A stretch of 64,000 bases of DNA, taken from positions 1 to 64,000 of the forward strand of contig CANQQV010000008.1 of the NCBI GenBank assembly GCA_947626095.1. The letters run 5' to 3'. Both the position numbers and the translations under genes were made by a program. Each line of letters starts with the position of its first letter. Positions within the stretch are counted from its first letter, which is position 1. This DNA is from an uncultured Bacilli bacterium (GTDB lineage Bacteria; Bacillota_I; Bacilli_A; RF39; UBA660). Shown in pieces: positions 1-9,224 of this stretch. The notes under the pieces are model-generated. The model worked only from the letters and a program-made list of their open reading frames with translations. It ran no database searches and was not told the DNA's origin.

Positions 1-82
1 TTCTCGACAAAGCTTGTCTTTGTTTGTTATCTATAATTAATTAAAAACTGACATTTCTAAAAAATCTTAACATAATTTTGAC

Positions 83-1429
83 TTATTTTAAAACTAATTC
101 TTTGAAACGATCGCCTTTTTCTTGATAATTCTTAAAATATTCATAGCTAGCAGCAGCGGGACTTAATATACAGCTTTTACCCTTTTTAGTAACTTTTTTG
201 GCAGTTTGAACAGCTTCATCAATTGTTTCAGTGTAATAAACGTTTTTATTCTTTAGTTTTTGGCCGATGTCATAACCAGTTTTAGGCATACAAATAAAAT
301 TATTAACTTGGCTATGTTGTAAGAAGGTAATAAACTCAGTATAAGAAATACCCCTATCCATCCCACCAAAGATTAAGGTATCAACGTCTGTTAAAGCTTT
401 TAGAGCTTCTTCAGTAGCTTCAGGAATAGTAGCTAATGTATCAACATAATATTTAACACCTTTAATAGTTTTAATGTATTCGATACGATATGGTAATGAC
501 TTAAAAGAAGCAATAGCAGATAAGATATCTTCATTGGCAATATTAAGTAATTTACCAACGACAAAGGCAACCATAATATTTTCAAGATTATGGTCACCAA
601 GAATATTTCTTTCAAGATTTCTCGTAAAGACTAATTCATCGTGGTAATAGACTTTACCATCAATCATTTTAATTGTAGATTTATGGTCTTTACCAGTTAT
701 ATCAACGGAAATTAGGTGACCTTTTAACTTAGTAGTTTGAACTTTCTTATTAAGATTAGGATTTGATGAACAATAGATACTATAGTCATTTGCTTCTTGG
801 TTAGTAAACATACGCATTTTAATGTCATGATAATGTTTTACAGATAATGCGTGATCAAGATGGTCTTGAAATAAATTTAAAATAATACCTATTTTAGGTG
901 AGATATCTAAGTATTCTAATTGATGAGAAGACATCTCTAGAACATAGTAATCAACATTTTCATTTAAGTCTAAATCAAAGATTGGTTTACCAATATTACC
1001 AGCTAATAAAACTTTATATTTCTTTTTTAAGATTTCGTATATTAAAGATGATGTTGTACTTTTTCCTTTTGTACCAGTTACCCCAATAACTTTATCTTTA
1101 GCAACACTAAGAAGAAGTTCCATTTGGGAACTAATCTTATGATAGAATTTAGTTGTATCTATTTTATTTAAAGATATACCTGGACTTTTAATAATAATGT
1201 CATATTGTTCTAAATTATCTAAATAGTTTACACCACTAATAAAGTTAACATGATTATCGTTAATAAACATCTCTTCATTAGAAGATTTAATATCGGCTTG
1301 GTCGATGATAGTTATTTGTTCGTCTTTTAAATAGTTACGAATAAATTTGTAGGTAGATTTACCTTCGCGACCAAAACCTAAAATAGCTATTTTTTGGTTT
1401 TTTAATTTTTGAATTATTTTATCGATCAT
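83..1429 (-). CDS. murD: UDP-MurNAc-L-Ala:glutamate ligase (MurD family; probably the L-Glu-ligating MurD2 type because it is paired with MurL)
   Basis: GFGREG N-terminal motif, KSPGIS, P-loop GTKGKSTT, EMSSHQL, DHLDH, LSPAAASY..F.NY..KG..F; start overlaps the upstream MurL-like gene. Confidence 0.93.
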   Translation of the reverse strand: MIDKIIQKLKNQKIAILGFGREGKSTYKFIRNYLKDEQITIIDQADIKSSNEEMFINDNHVNFISGVNYLDNLEQYDIIIKSPGISLNKIDTTKFYHKISSQMELLLSVAKDKVIGVTGTKGKSTTSSLIYEILKKKYKVLLAGNIGKPIFDLDLNENVDYYVLEMSSHQLEYLDISPKIGIILNLFQDHLDHALSVKHYHDIKMRMFTNQEANDYSIYCSSNPNLNKKVQTTKLKGHLISVDITGKDHKSTIKMIDGKVYYHDELVFTRNLERNILGDHNLENIMVAFVVGKLLNIANEDILSAIASFKSLPYRIEYIKTIKGVKYYVDTLATIPEATEEALKALTDVDTLIFGGMDRGISYTEFITFLQHSQVNNFICMPKTGYDIGQKLKNKNVYYTETIDEAVQTAKKVTKKGKSCILSPAAASYEYFKNYQEKGDRFKELVLK

Positions 1430-2747
1430 TTATAGCATCCCTAACTAATTTTATATATTTTTCATCTAAATTATGTTCATTATTCCAATAATTTTCTAAA
1501 GCTAAATTACTTAAATCATGATAATAGTTTTCATAGTAGTATTTAAGAAGAATTGGTAAATTACTTTTATCTAGTTTATTAATTGTTTGATATATAGCAT
1601 AATTGATTTCTTCAAATGTCCCAACACAATCAAATGGTTTAACATTTTCATAACCTAGTAATTCTTTAAATAAAGGTAATAGTTTTTGATCATTAAATAA
1701 GTCTTGGCCAAAGATTGTTACTAGTTTTTTAGGATACAAGAAAGGACTTAGTAAAGAAAAGACAAATAAACATTTAGCACATTTACCACACCAACACCAT
1801 GGTTCACTTTTACTTCCAACATTACAGCTTTTAAATATTTGGTGATATTGAGGATATTTAGAAAATAACATACCAATTTGATATTCAGTTAATGGTCTTA
1901 GAAGAGAAAAATAATTAATTATATTACCTAAATATTCTTTTTGATAGTTGTTAAAATCATTTTCAAATTCAAAAGATTTAGAATATTGGTGATTAACTTT
2001 AGTCCCTTTTACATTAGCTTCATTAGCACTAGATTCATTAGATAAAACAATATTTTTTTTATTATTCAAATAAGCTGTTAAATAAGAAACAAAAGCAACC
2101 ATGGCGGAAAATGGTGTATGACCATTTAGATAACCTTTACTATTTAAATCTAATAAATTATGATCTATAGTTCTTTTTATTTTAATAATATCATGATCTT
2201 CGTAACCAGCAGCATAGGCACAATCAAGCATGACTTTTTTAGGATTGATGATGAATGGTGTTCCTTTAATTAAACTTAGGGTAACACATGAGTCTTTACC
2301 GCCGCCAATAGCGATCATATCCCCTACTCCATTATAATCAATACTTGGCTTAGAACTAGTTGAAGGGCAAATAAATTGAAGAAAATTAGAATAAGATGGA
2401 TGAAGATGATTAACATAGAAAAATTCACCTAAGCCATAATAAAATATTTTTTTAAAGAATGCTTGTTGTTGAGAGTCTAATGAGCCACACTCAATAATAA
2501 AATTGGGGGCACAAGTACTTTTCCAATAACTAATAGCTTCAATCATTCCAATATTAAAAGCTAAAGTATGAAGATAATCTTCATTAAGATTATTATTACT
2601 AAATGGTATTTCTAAACTTGGCTTAAATTCACATAAATTATCAATTGAAAAAGTATAAACTATTTTAATAGTATTATCTTGGAATGTAAGATCATATTTT
2701 TGATATCTAAATGTATTATATTTTTTTATTTCATCTTGATTTAACAT
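1419..2747 (-). CDS. murL: UDP-MurNAc-L-Ala-L-Glu epimerase (MurL-like, PP-loop ATPase)
   Basis: ISYWKS..AP, GLGEFFY.N, PP-loop GGGKDS, NGHTPFSA, SNESSA, NHQYSKS, FKSCN, WCGKCAKC, KPFDCVG; directly upstream of and overlapping murD. Confidence 0.82.
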   Translation of the reverse strand: MLNQDEIKKYNTFRYQKYDLTFQDNTIKIVYTFSIDNLCEFKPSLEIPFSNNNLNEDYLHTLAFNIGMIEAISYWKSTCAPNFIIECGSLDSQQQAFFKKIFYYGLGEFFYVNHLHPSYSNFLQFICPSTSSKPSIDYNGVGDMIAIGGGKDSCVTLSLIKGTPFIINPKKVMLDCAYAAGYEDHDIIKIKRTIDHNLLDLNSKGYLNGHTPFSAMVAFVSYLTAYLNNKKNIVLSNESSANEANVKGTKVNHQYSKSFEFENDFNNYQKEYLGNIINYFSLLRPLTEYQIGMLFSKYPQYHQIFKSCNVGSKSEPWCWCGKCAKCLFVFSLLSPFLYPKKLVTIFGQDLFNDQKLLPLFKELLGYENVKPFDCVGTFEEINYAIYQTINKLDKSNLPILLKYYYENYYHDLSNLALENYWNNEHNLDEKYIKLVRDAINDR

Positions 2748-2818
2748 TTTAATCCCTCTTTCAAATTATATCACTTTATATTATATTTATAAATTCTCTT
2801 TACTTTTACTAGACTTAA

Positions 2819-2840
2819 AAAACCGATTATTATCGGTTTT
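2819..2840 (-). terminator. Intrinsic terminator hairpin after the DUF2628 gene
   Basis: aaaaccgat-tatt-atcggtttt inverted repeat with an A-run on the + side (U-tract on the - strand). Confidence 0.6.
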
Positions 2841-4557
2841 ATTTAGAAGATATAGAATTGAAAATGCTTTGATAGAAATTTTCACAGATATGGTTATCAT
2901 CTTCATATTCCATTTTATATTCAAATAACAATATCTTATCGTTTTTCTTAGTAACATGGAAATATATTTGATTGTCGTTTTTACTAGAAGTAAATGTTTG
3001 CCATGTAATATTGTTATTGGTTATAGTATTAATACCTTCAGTCTCACTACGAGTATAATAGTAAGATATTGATTTAATTAAATCATTTTCATCTTTGTAG
3101 CCTTTGACAGCATTAAATGATAAAGTACATTTATTGTTACTATATTCTACTTTTGGTTTCTCTTCTTTTGGCTTTTCTTCTTGATTTGAAGAATCGTTTT
3201 CGGTTTTTTTGTCATCAGATTGATTTTGATCTTTTTCGGGTTCATCTTCTTCTACTGGTAATGGAACTCTGTATATATAAGTAAATGTTTGACCTTCTTT
3301 AGTAAATTCTTTAGGAATGGTAATATTAAAGTTATCTTCAATATTGTATTCCTCGTAAGTTAGGTCACCATTATAACCAGTAACTCCTTTACTATCTTCG
3401 TTGATAACTGGTTCATTATTTTCCGGCAACAAATTAAGTAGGTCTTTATAATCAAGTGAAACACCAATGATAAAGACTGCTAGACCATAAACTATTGTAG
3501 CTAAAAGAGCTATTAAGAAATTGGTACCACCTTTTTTCTTAGCCATAACTGATAATTCATATTGATTTTTTTTGATATTGTGCTTATGAAGAATTTTAAC
3601 TCTGGTCTTAACAATACCAATATATAAATGATTGACAATTAAAGCAAGAATTAAACGATAGATAAATAGACCAATAAAGGAAAATGGTGTTGGGACAATA
3701 ATTAAAATAGCAAGTTCAATAACTAAAGCAAGTAAACCGAAAACATATAATTTACGGTAAATAAAATATATACCACCAAATAATAAAGCATAGAAAGAAA
3801 ATGGAGCCATAGTAATTTTAGTAAAAGCTGGACCAACATATTCTTTACTTACTTTTACTTCATCAATCTCAGGATATTGTTCATTAAAATTATTATATAT
3901 ACTTGGAGCACTGTTAATTGCTGGAGCTGGTGGTTCTACCGCTTTATTGCTTGCTGGTTCGTAGTTACGTGGTTGAATAAAACGATTATTTTCCACAATT
4001 TCTTTTGGCGCATCTTCACCGACTATCGTATTTACTCCTAGCCCACCCATACTAAGGGGTTGAGAATTCATCCAACTTTGATAATTGTCATTAGGATTTG
4101 GTGGGGTTGGATTGGGATTATTTTGATTCACATTAGGGTTTACTGGCCGAGGATTAATATTATTTTGATTGTAATTAAATTGTTGAGGATTTGGTTGTGG
4201 TGGCATTGGGGCTTGAGGAACAGGAGCCGCTGGAGTTTGATTATAGGTGGTTCCATTAACACCATCCATTAAAGTTTCAATTTTATCGTCAAATAAATCC
4301 AAAACTTCTGGTGATTGAGAAATGCTTGGACTATTATTTAATTGATTATTGTTATTATTGTTATTGCCAACACCCCAAGTTGTTCTACTAATGAATTGAC
4401 TATTAGCAGTATTAGAAGTTTCGGAATTAACTTCATTTATATTATTATTAAATAAATCAGCAGGAAAAAACTTATTAGTTACAGAACGTGTAGGAATTGA
4501 GTTATTATTAGGTACTTGATTATTAAATTGAGAATTAAAATTATCTCCATTGTTCAT
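2839..4557 (-). CDS. Membrane protein: Asn/Pro/Gln-rich N-terminus, DUF2628-like TM core, Cys-paired extracellular C-terminal domain
   Basis: FSFYALLFGGIYFIYRKLY is typical of DUF2628; C-terminus resembles ORFs 8111-9220 and 9225-10196. Confidence 0.6.
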   Translation of the reverse strand: MNNGDNFNSQFNNQVPNNNSIPTRSVTNKFFPADLFNNNINEVNSETSNTANSQFISRTTWGVGNNNNNNNQLNNSPSISQSPEVLDLFDDKIETLMDGVNGTTYNQTPAAPVPQAPMPPQPNPQQFNYNQNNINPRPVNPNVNQNNPNPTPPNPNDNYQSWMNSQPLSMGGLGVNTIVGEDAPKEIVENNRFIQPRNYEPASNKAVEPPAPAINSAPSIYNNFNEQYPEIDEVKVSKEYVGPAFTKITMAPFSFYALLFGGIYFIYRKLYVFGLLALVIELAILIIVPTPFSFIGLFIYRLILALIVNHLYIGIVKTRVKILHKHNIKKNQYELSVMAKKKGGTNFLIALLATIVYGLAVFIIGVSLDYKDLLNLLPENNEPVINEDSKGVTGYNGDLTYEEYNIEDNFNITIPKEFTKEGQTFTYIYRVPLPVEEDEPEKDQNQSDDKKTENDSSNQEEKPKEEKPKVEYSNNKCTLSFNAVKGYKDENDLIKSISYYYTRSETEGINTITNNNITWQTFTSSKNDNQIYFHVTKKNDKILLFEYKMEYEDDNHICENFYQSIFNSISSK

Positions 4558-4656
4558 AAGCCTACACCTCTATCATAATGATAACATTATTTAAAGCCTA
4601 TGTAAATTTTAAAAATTTATAATTTTAAGCCTAAATGTAAAGTATTATAAAAAGAG

Positions 4657-5166
4657 TTACTTGTTATTATTTAACTCTTTAATCTGTTTTTCAAGGTCTT
4701 TTTGTCTTTTTAATATCTCATCTATTTTATCATGAAGTTCTTCAATGATTAATTCGGTTTTTAAGTCAGTTTTATAATCGTTTTTGTTTCTTAAACTATC
4801 TTTTTTGGCTTGACGATTTTGACTCATCATAATTACAGGTGCTTGTAAAGCAGCAATACATGATAATAATAAATTTAATAAGATAAAAGGAAATGGATCA
4901 AGAGCATTAACTAAAATAACCCCATTTATAACAATCCATCCGATTAAGAATAGAGAAAAACCAATGATAAAATGCCAACTACCAGCTATTGCTGTTAGTT
5001 TATCAGCGATTTTATCACCAATGGTCATGTTTTCTTCATCCATCTTATCTACATCAACACTTATTGGATTATCAACTAACATGTCTAATAATTCATCTTC
5101 ACTTTGTTTGTCTATATCTTGGTTTAATAACATTTTAACAATTTCTCTTTTATTCACATTTTTCAT
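4657..5166 (-). CDS. DUF1003 family membrane protein
   Basis: IADKLTAIAGSWHFI...DPFPFILLNLLLSCIAALQAPVIMMSQNRQ signature. Confidence 0.88.
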   Translation of the reverse strand: MKNVNKREIVKMLLNQDIDKQSEDELLDMLVDNPISVDVDKMDEENMTIGDKIADKLTAIAGSWHFIIGFSLFLIGWIVINGVILVNALDPFPFILLNLLLSCIAALQAPVIMMSQNRQAKKDSLRNKNDYKTDLKTELIIEELHDKIDEILKRQKDLEKQIKELNNNK

Positions 5167-5227
5167 ATTATCACCTATATTTATTATTATACTACTATTG
5201 TAAAACTATAGATAAAAAAGCATAAAA

Positions 5228-5256
5228 AAAGTGTATGTATTAAATGCATACACTTT
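5228..5256 (-). terminator. Intrinsic terminator
   Basis: aaagtgtatgtat-taa-atgcatacacttt inverted repeat just downstream of ORF 5265-6365. Confidence 0.65.
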
Positions 5257-5264
5257 AAAAGTTA

Positions 5265-6365
5265 TTAAGAATTATTTTGAGATGCTCTAAGACGTATTGC
5301 TTCGATATCATTATTGCTAAAGTAAGCTGAGTATTCTAATTGCATTTGATTCCATATTCCATTAAAATTACTAACAATTCTAACAGCTCCTTCTGGATCA
5401 ATAAGACCATGTTCTAAATAATAATCAATTTTTTTATTTAAGAAATCAGGTAAGATATTCATAATACGTTTTATTTCTTCACTAGGAATATCTTGTTTTC
5501 TTTTACAAGACATAAACAATCTATCTAAATATTCACAAAATATTCTGTAAGCTCCTTGTCCCATGAATTTATCAAATTTAGATTCAATGTGTAATGGATC
5601 AAATAAGATACCATATAAGAAGTCGTTGGCTCTATATCTTTCGCCATTATTCATTTCTGTAACAAGAGAAAATATATCTCCACCATTATTAATAACATTT
5701 TGATAATTTACATTGCCATTGTTAGAAAATGCGGCAATTGCTAGTCTAGTTATTGAAGTAAACATTGAATAACCAGTTGTAGCATCATTCCACTCATCAT
5801 ACTTCGTAGTTAAAATTTCATCAACTGTTGGGCTATAAGGATTATCAAAAGTGTTTATAGCCATAGTCGTAATTATATCCATCATGGTTTCATTAAACAT
5901 CTTACCATAATGATGTTGACCGACTAATTCACCGGTTGTTGGATCACTTTCTTTTATCAATCCCATATGGTTTTCACATTTAATACCGTCTTTTATAATA
6001 CCATTGGGACGACTAGAAAAGATTAATGGTAAAATATCAGCAAAGGCATGGCAAAATTCATGAGCCCCTTCGTGCTTAATAAAGTCATATTGATCACTTG
6101 TTGCGCCAATATAACCTAACATTTCAATAATTAGTTTATTGTCACTGGTATCCAAACGACAAACTCCTGGAGTTGCATGGCTTAAATACTCAGTTGTTGT
6201 TCCTTGTGGAAATATATTGACTTGTTTTACCATAATTTCTAATAATTCTTTAAATTTAGCAATTTGTTCTTGATTGTTTATTCCAAAAACTAAAGCAGAT
6301 AGATAATTAACTGAGTTTTCAATTAATTCTTTATCTTTGTTTGATGCACAATAAAATTTAGTCAC
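5265..6365 (-). CDS. Hypothetical protein, putative zinc metallopeptidase (HExxH plus downstream NE)
   Basis: HEGAHEFCH followed by GKMFNETMMD; GTG start with agagggg RBS. Confidence 0.5.
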   Translation of the reverse strand: MTKFYCASNKDKELIENSVNYLSALVFGINNQEQIAKFKELLEIMVKQVNIFPQGTTTEYLSHATPGVCRLDTSDNKLIIEMLGYIGATSDQYDFIKHEGAHEFCHAFADILPLIFSSRPNGIIKDGIKCENHMGLIKESDPTTGELVGQHHYGKMFNETMMDIITTMAINTFDNPYSPTVDEILTTKYDEWNDATTGYSMFTSITRLAIAAFSNNGNVNYQNVINNGGDIFSLVTEMNNGERYRANDFLYGILFDPLHIESKFDKFMGQGAYRIFCEYLDRLFMSCKRKQDIPSEEIKRIMNILPDFLNKKIDYYLEHGLIDPEGAVRIVSNFNGIWNQMQLEYSAYFSNNDIEAIRLRASQNNS

Positions 6366-6441
6366 TTTTTTGTCCCCTCTTTTATGGCATTTATACTACC
6401 ATGTCTCACATAACAAGTCAAATTTAAATGAAATTATAATT

Positions 6442-6870
6442 TTAATTATTAGAGGCAATATTCTTGATTTTCTCACCATATTTCTTCATTATTTCTGCGC
6501 TAAAATCAAAAGAAAATTGCTCGAGATATTCAATAATTAAATCGATATGTTTATCAAAAGCCAAGTCATCTTTTATATTTTTCAAGTATTTGGCTACCAT
6601 TTTATCAGTATTAACTCTTTCAACATAGAAACATAGTAAGTTATTATCACCAAGATATTCTTTACCAGCTTTAACTATTGAAAGTAAATATTCACGGCTT
6701 GCATTAGGGCCAGTAAATCCACTATTAAACATTATAAGGACACAACCAATAAAAATTTTATCAGTTCCATCACTAGGAAATGTTTTTTGAGTAAATTCTT
6801 TTAATTTTTCAATTGATTTTGAATTAGTATATTCTTCAGAAAATGTTTGTAAAAACTTATTAATAATCAT
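6442..6870 (-). CDS. Hypothetical protein
   Basis: ORF of about 142 aa with aggtgg RBS before ATG at 6870; no family recognised. Confidence 0.55.
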   Translation of the reverse strand: MIINKFLQTFSEEYTNSKSIEKLKEFTQKTFPSDGTDKIFIGCVLIMFNSGFTGPNASREYLLSIVKAGKEYLGDNNLLCFYVERVNTDKMVAKYLKNIKDDLAFDKHIDLIIEYLEQFSFDFSAEIMKKYGEKIKNIASNN

Positions 6871-6999
6871 TTTGTTTACCACCTTTTTTTATAATAGAAC
6901 ATGTTTAAACTTAACATGACGAATTTATGATAATATAAAAAAGACCTTTTTACAAGGCCTTTTCTATTTTACTCGAATTATCGAGTTAATATTCAAATA

Positions 7000-7084
7000 T
7001 GGTGCAGGTGAAGGGACTTGAACCCCCACTCCGTAAGGAACTAGATCCTAAGTCTAGCGCGTCTACCAATTTCGCCACACCTGC
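7000..7084 (-). tRNA. tRNA-Leu (anticodon TAG)
   Basis: Reverse complement GCAGGTGTGGCGAAATTGGTAGACGCGCTAGACT-TAG-GATCTAG...GGTTCAAGTCCCTTCACCTGCACCA; long variable arm; encoded CCA. Confidence 0.96.
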
Positions 7085-7092
7085 ATTATAAA

Positions 7093-7169
7093 TGGTGGAC
7101 CTCGTAGGACTCGAACCTACGACCGCCCGGTTATGAGCCGGATGCTCTAACCAACTGAGCTAGAGGTCC
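7093..7169 (-). tRNA. tRNA with CAT anticodon, most likely tRNA-Ile2 (lysidine-modified)
   Basis: Reverse complement GGACCTCTAGCTCAGTTGGTTAGAGCATCCGGCT-CAT-AACCGGGCGGTCGTAGGTTCGAGTCCTACGAGGTCCACCA; body resembles Bacillus tRNA-Ile2 rather than fMet or elongator Met. Confidence 0.9.
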
Positions 7170-7181
7170 ATCGACCATTTA

Positions 7182-7210
7182 ATCATAGCATATATAGGCA
7201 ATTAATGCAA
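7182..7210 (-). promoter_or_regulatory. SigA-type promoter of the tRNA pair
   Basis: TTGCAT-N17-TATGAT with extended TG on the minus strand, 12 nt upstream of the tRNA. Confidence 0.7.
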
Positions 7211-7295
7211 TATATAAATTTTTAAAATTGAAAAATGTATGCTACCGTGTATACTACCGTAAAAATTTTAAATAAAATAAATTATGGTTATTTTG

Positions 7296-8048
7296 TTAAA
7301 AAAGAGCAATATTAGCAAAAAAGACAATTAGTAAGATAAATACAACATCGACAAAAATAAAATTACCTTTTTTATCAAATTCTTTACCACATAATTTGCT
7401 AACAAAAATAAAGATAGCATAAAATAAATTAAACAGAACAAACCCAACTAAGGAAATCGTTAAACAAATAATTCCGGCATTTAAGCTAGTAATGTTATTA
7501 AAAGCTTGGAGAGTAAAACTAATACCACTTACCATACCAATAGTTATAGCGATAAAGATAGCAACTATTGAAACAATATCAATCATATTACGATCATAGC
7601 GATTTTTTAAATCTTTAACGTTATTATTTAGTTTAACAAAGTCTTCATTACTACGATCAAAAACATCTTTTAATAATCTTATTTTAAAACCATCACTAAT
7701 CATATTCTTAGTACTTATATTAGCTTTTTCAATACGGTCCATTGTATCATAATAATTATACATACTAACTAAGTCTTCACGATGAACTTCCATTTCAATT
7801 GATTTAAGCATATTATCATAAATATTATCTTCTAGGAGTATAGATTCACAGTAATAGCATATTTTCTTTAAGTTAGCTGTGAACATACCATTATCGTTTT
7901 TATAATATTCATAAATAAATCTTTCACGAGCATCATTATCTTTTAAAAAATAAAGTAAGTCAAAAGCGACAATAAAACAGACAACATTAGTGCCATTTCC
8001 CCCATTTTCTAGTCTTTTTATTTTTTCTAACATATCTTCTAGATTCAT
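7296..8048 (-). CDS. Hypothetical membrane protein (three C-terminal TM helices)
   Basis: Soluble, coiled N-terminal part, then hydrophobic segments IVSIVAIFIAITIG, IICLTISLVGFVLF, FIFVDVVFILLIVFF. Confidence 0.6.
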   Translation of the reverse strand: MNLEDMLEKIKRLENGGNGTNVVCFIVAFDLLYFLKDNDARERFIYEYYKNDNGMFTANLKKICYYCESILLEDNIYDNMLKSIEMEVHREDLVSMYNYYDTMDRIEKANISTKNMISDGFKIRLLKDVFDRSNEDFVKLNNNVKDLKNRYDRNMIDIVSIVAIFIAITIGMVSGISFTLQAFNNITSLNAGIICLTISLVGFVLFNLFYAIFIFVSKLCGKEFDKKGNFIFVDVVFILLIVFFANIALF

Positions 8049-8110
8049 TGTATCACTTCCTTGAAACTAGTATATCACAAAATAAAAAGTACCAAAAGGT
8101 ACTTATTTAA

Positions 8111-9220
8111 TTATTTTTCTTTTTGAAATGATATAGATTCAATAAATGAATCGTAGTAAGCTGAACATGTGCCATCACCATCTAAGTTGGCGTATCTTAT
8201 ATCGTAATAGGTTCCTTTATATATCATCGCAATATATTTAAACCTTGTATTAGTTGAAAAACCACCAGTTCCAGAAGGGTTTTCTTGAAGTTTTATAACA
8301 TTTAATTCTTGCCATGTATTACCATCTATTTTTAGTTCTTCAGTTGATGTTGTATAGCCATCAATTGTTTCATAAGATTGTCTAACTTCGTCAAAATACT
8401 TATCAACAAAGCCATCAACATCATTTGTTGTTCCGTAAGTAATACTAATTGTACAATTTTCACCTTTGGTATAATAACGACTAAAGTTATCGTCTTTTTT
8501 TAGGATAAATTCATCATTAATGGAATATACGATTCCACCAAATTCAATTATGGCATCTTTTTTAGGCTTAAAATAACTAAAATAAACAAAAAGCATTACA
8601 GCAACAAATAGAACAAAGGAAACTAAGTTAAAAATAAATGTCAAACTTAAATTAAACTTAATTTTTTTATTAGTATCTTTTAAATTGTCGCCCCAATTAA
8701 TTTGCGAATTATTTGGTTGAGGGTTGGGTTTAAATGGTTTTTGTTGAACTGGATTATTTGGAATAGGATTATTTTGAGCTGGAGCCGGTTTAGCAAATTG
8801 ATTATTATTCAGTAGATTCGGAGCTGTATTAATTCCTTTCCCCTTTTCATTTTTATTCGGTACGGGTGGTTGTTGATTACTCAGGGCATTTAATTCATCT
8901 TTACTTTTAAAGCGTGAATCATCCGAAAAAATTTTTTCCAGAGCAGTTCTTTCATCATAGCGTTGAGAATTTAGACTATTGAATTGGTCTTTAAACATAT
9001 TAGCTGTTCCACTACTTTGAAATGTTTGAAAATTATCTTGATTAATGCCACCTACATTATTAAAAACGTTGTCTTGACTTTTAGTAACAGTCGCTCCTAT
9101 TTGACTATCAAAAGTTTCACCAAAATTTAAAGGAGAATTATTAGTTAATACAGTACCACACATATAACAGGTTTTTTTAGAATCATCTAAAACTGTTCCA
9201 CATTTTGGGCACTTTTTCAT
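8111..9220 (-). CDS. Zinc-ribbon, single-TM membrane protein with Cys-paired extracellular domain
   Basis: MKKCPKCG...CYMCG; N/Q/P-rich linker; TM helix; CTISITYG...KGTYYDI...CSAYYDSF. Confidence 0.7.
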   Translation of the reverse strand: MKKCPKCGTVLDDSKKTCYMCGTVLTNNSPLNFGETFDSQIGATVTKSQDNVFNNVGGINQDNFQTFQSSGTANMFKDQFNSLNSQRYDERTALEKIFSDDSRFKSKDELNALSNQQPPVPNKNEKGKGINTAPNLLNNNQFAKPAPAQNNPIPNNPVQQKPFKPNPQPNNSQINWGDNLKDTNKKIKFNLSLTFIFNLVSFVLFVAVMLFVYFSYFKPKKDAIIEFGGIVYSINDEFILKKDDNFSRYYTKGENCTISITYGTTNDVDGFVDKYFDEVRQSYETIDGYTTSTEELKIDGNTWQELNVIKLQENPSGTGGFSTNTRFKYIAMIYKGTYYDIRYANLDGDGTCSAYYDSFIESISFQKEK

Positions 9221-9224
9221 TTAA

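Noticed and set aside
5265-8048. Prophage or ICE integrated at the tRNA pair
   Set aside because: No integrase, phage structural genes or duplicated tRNA 3' end found in the window
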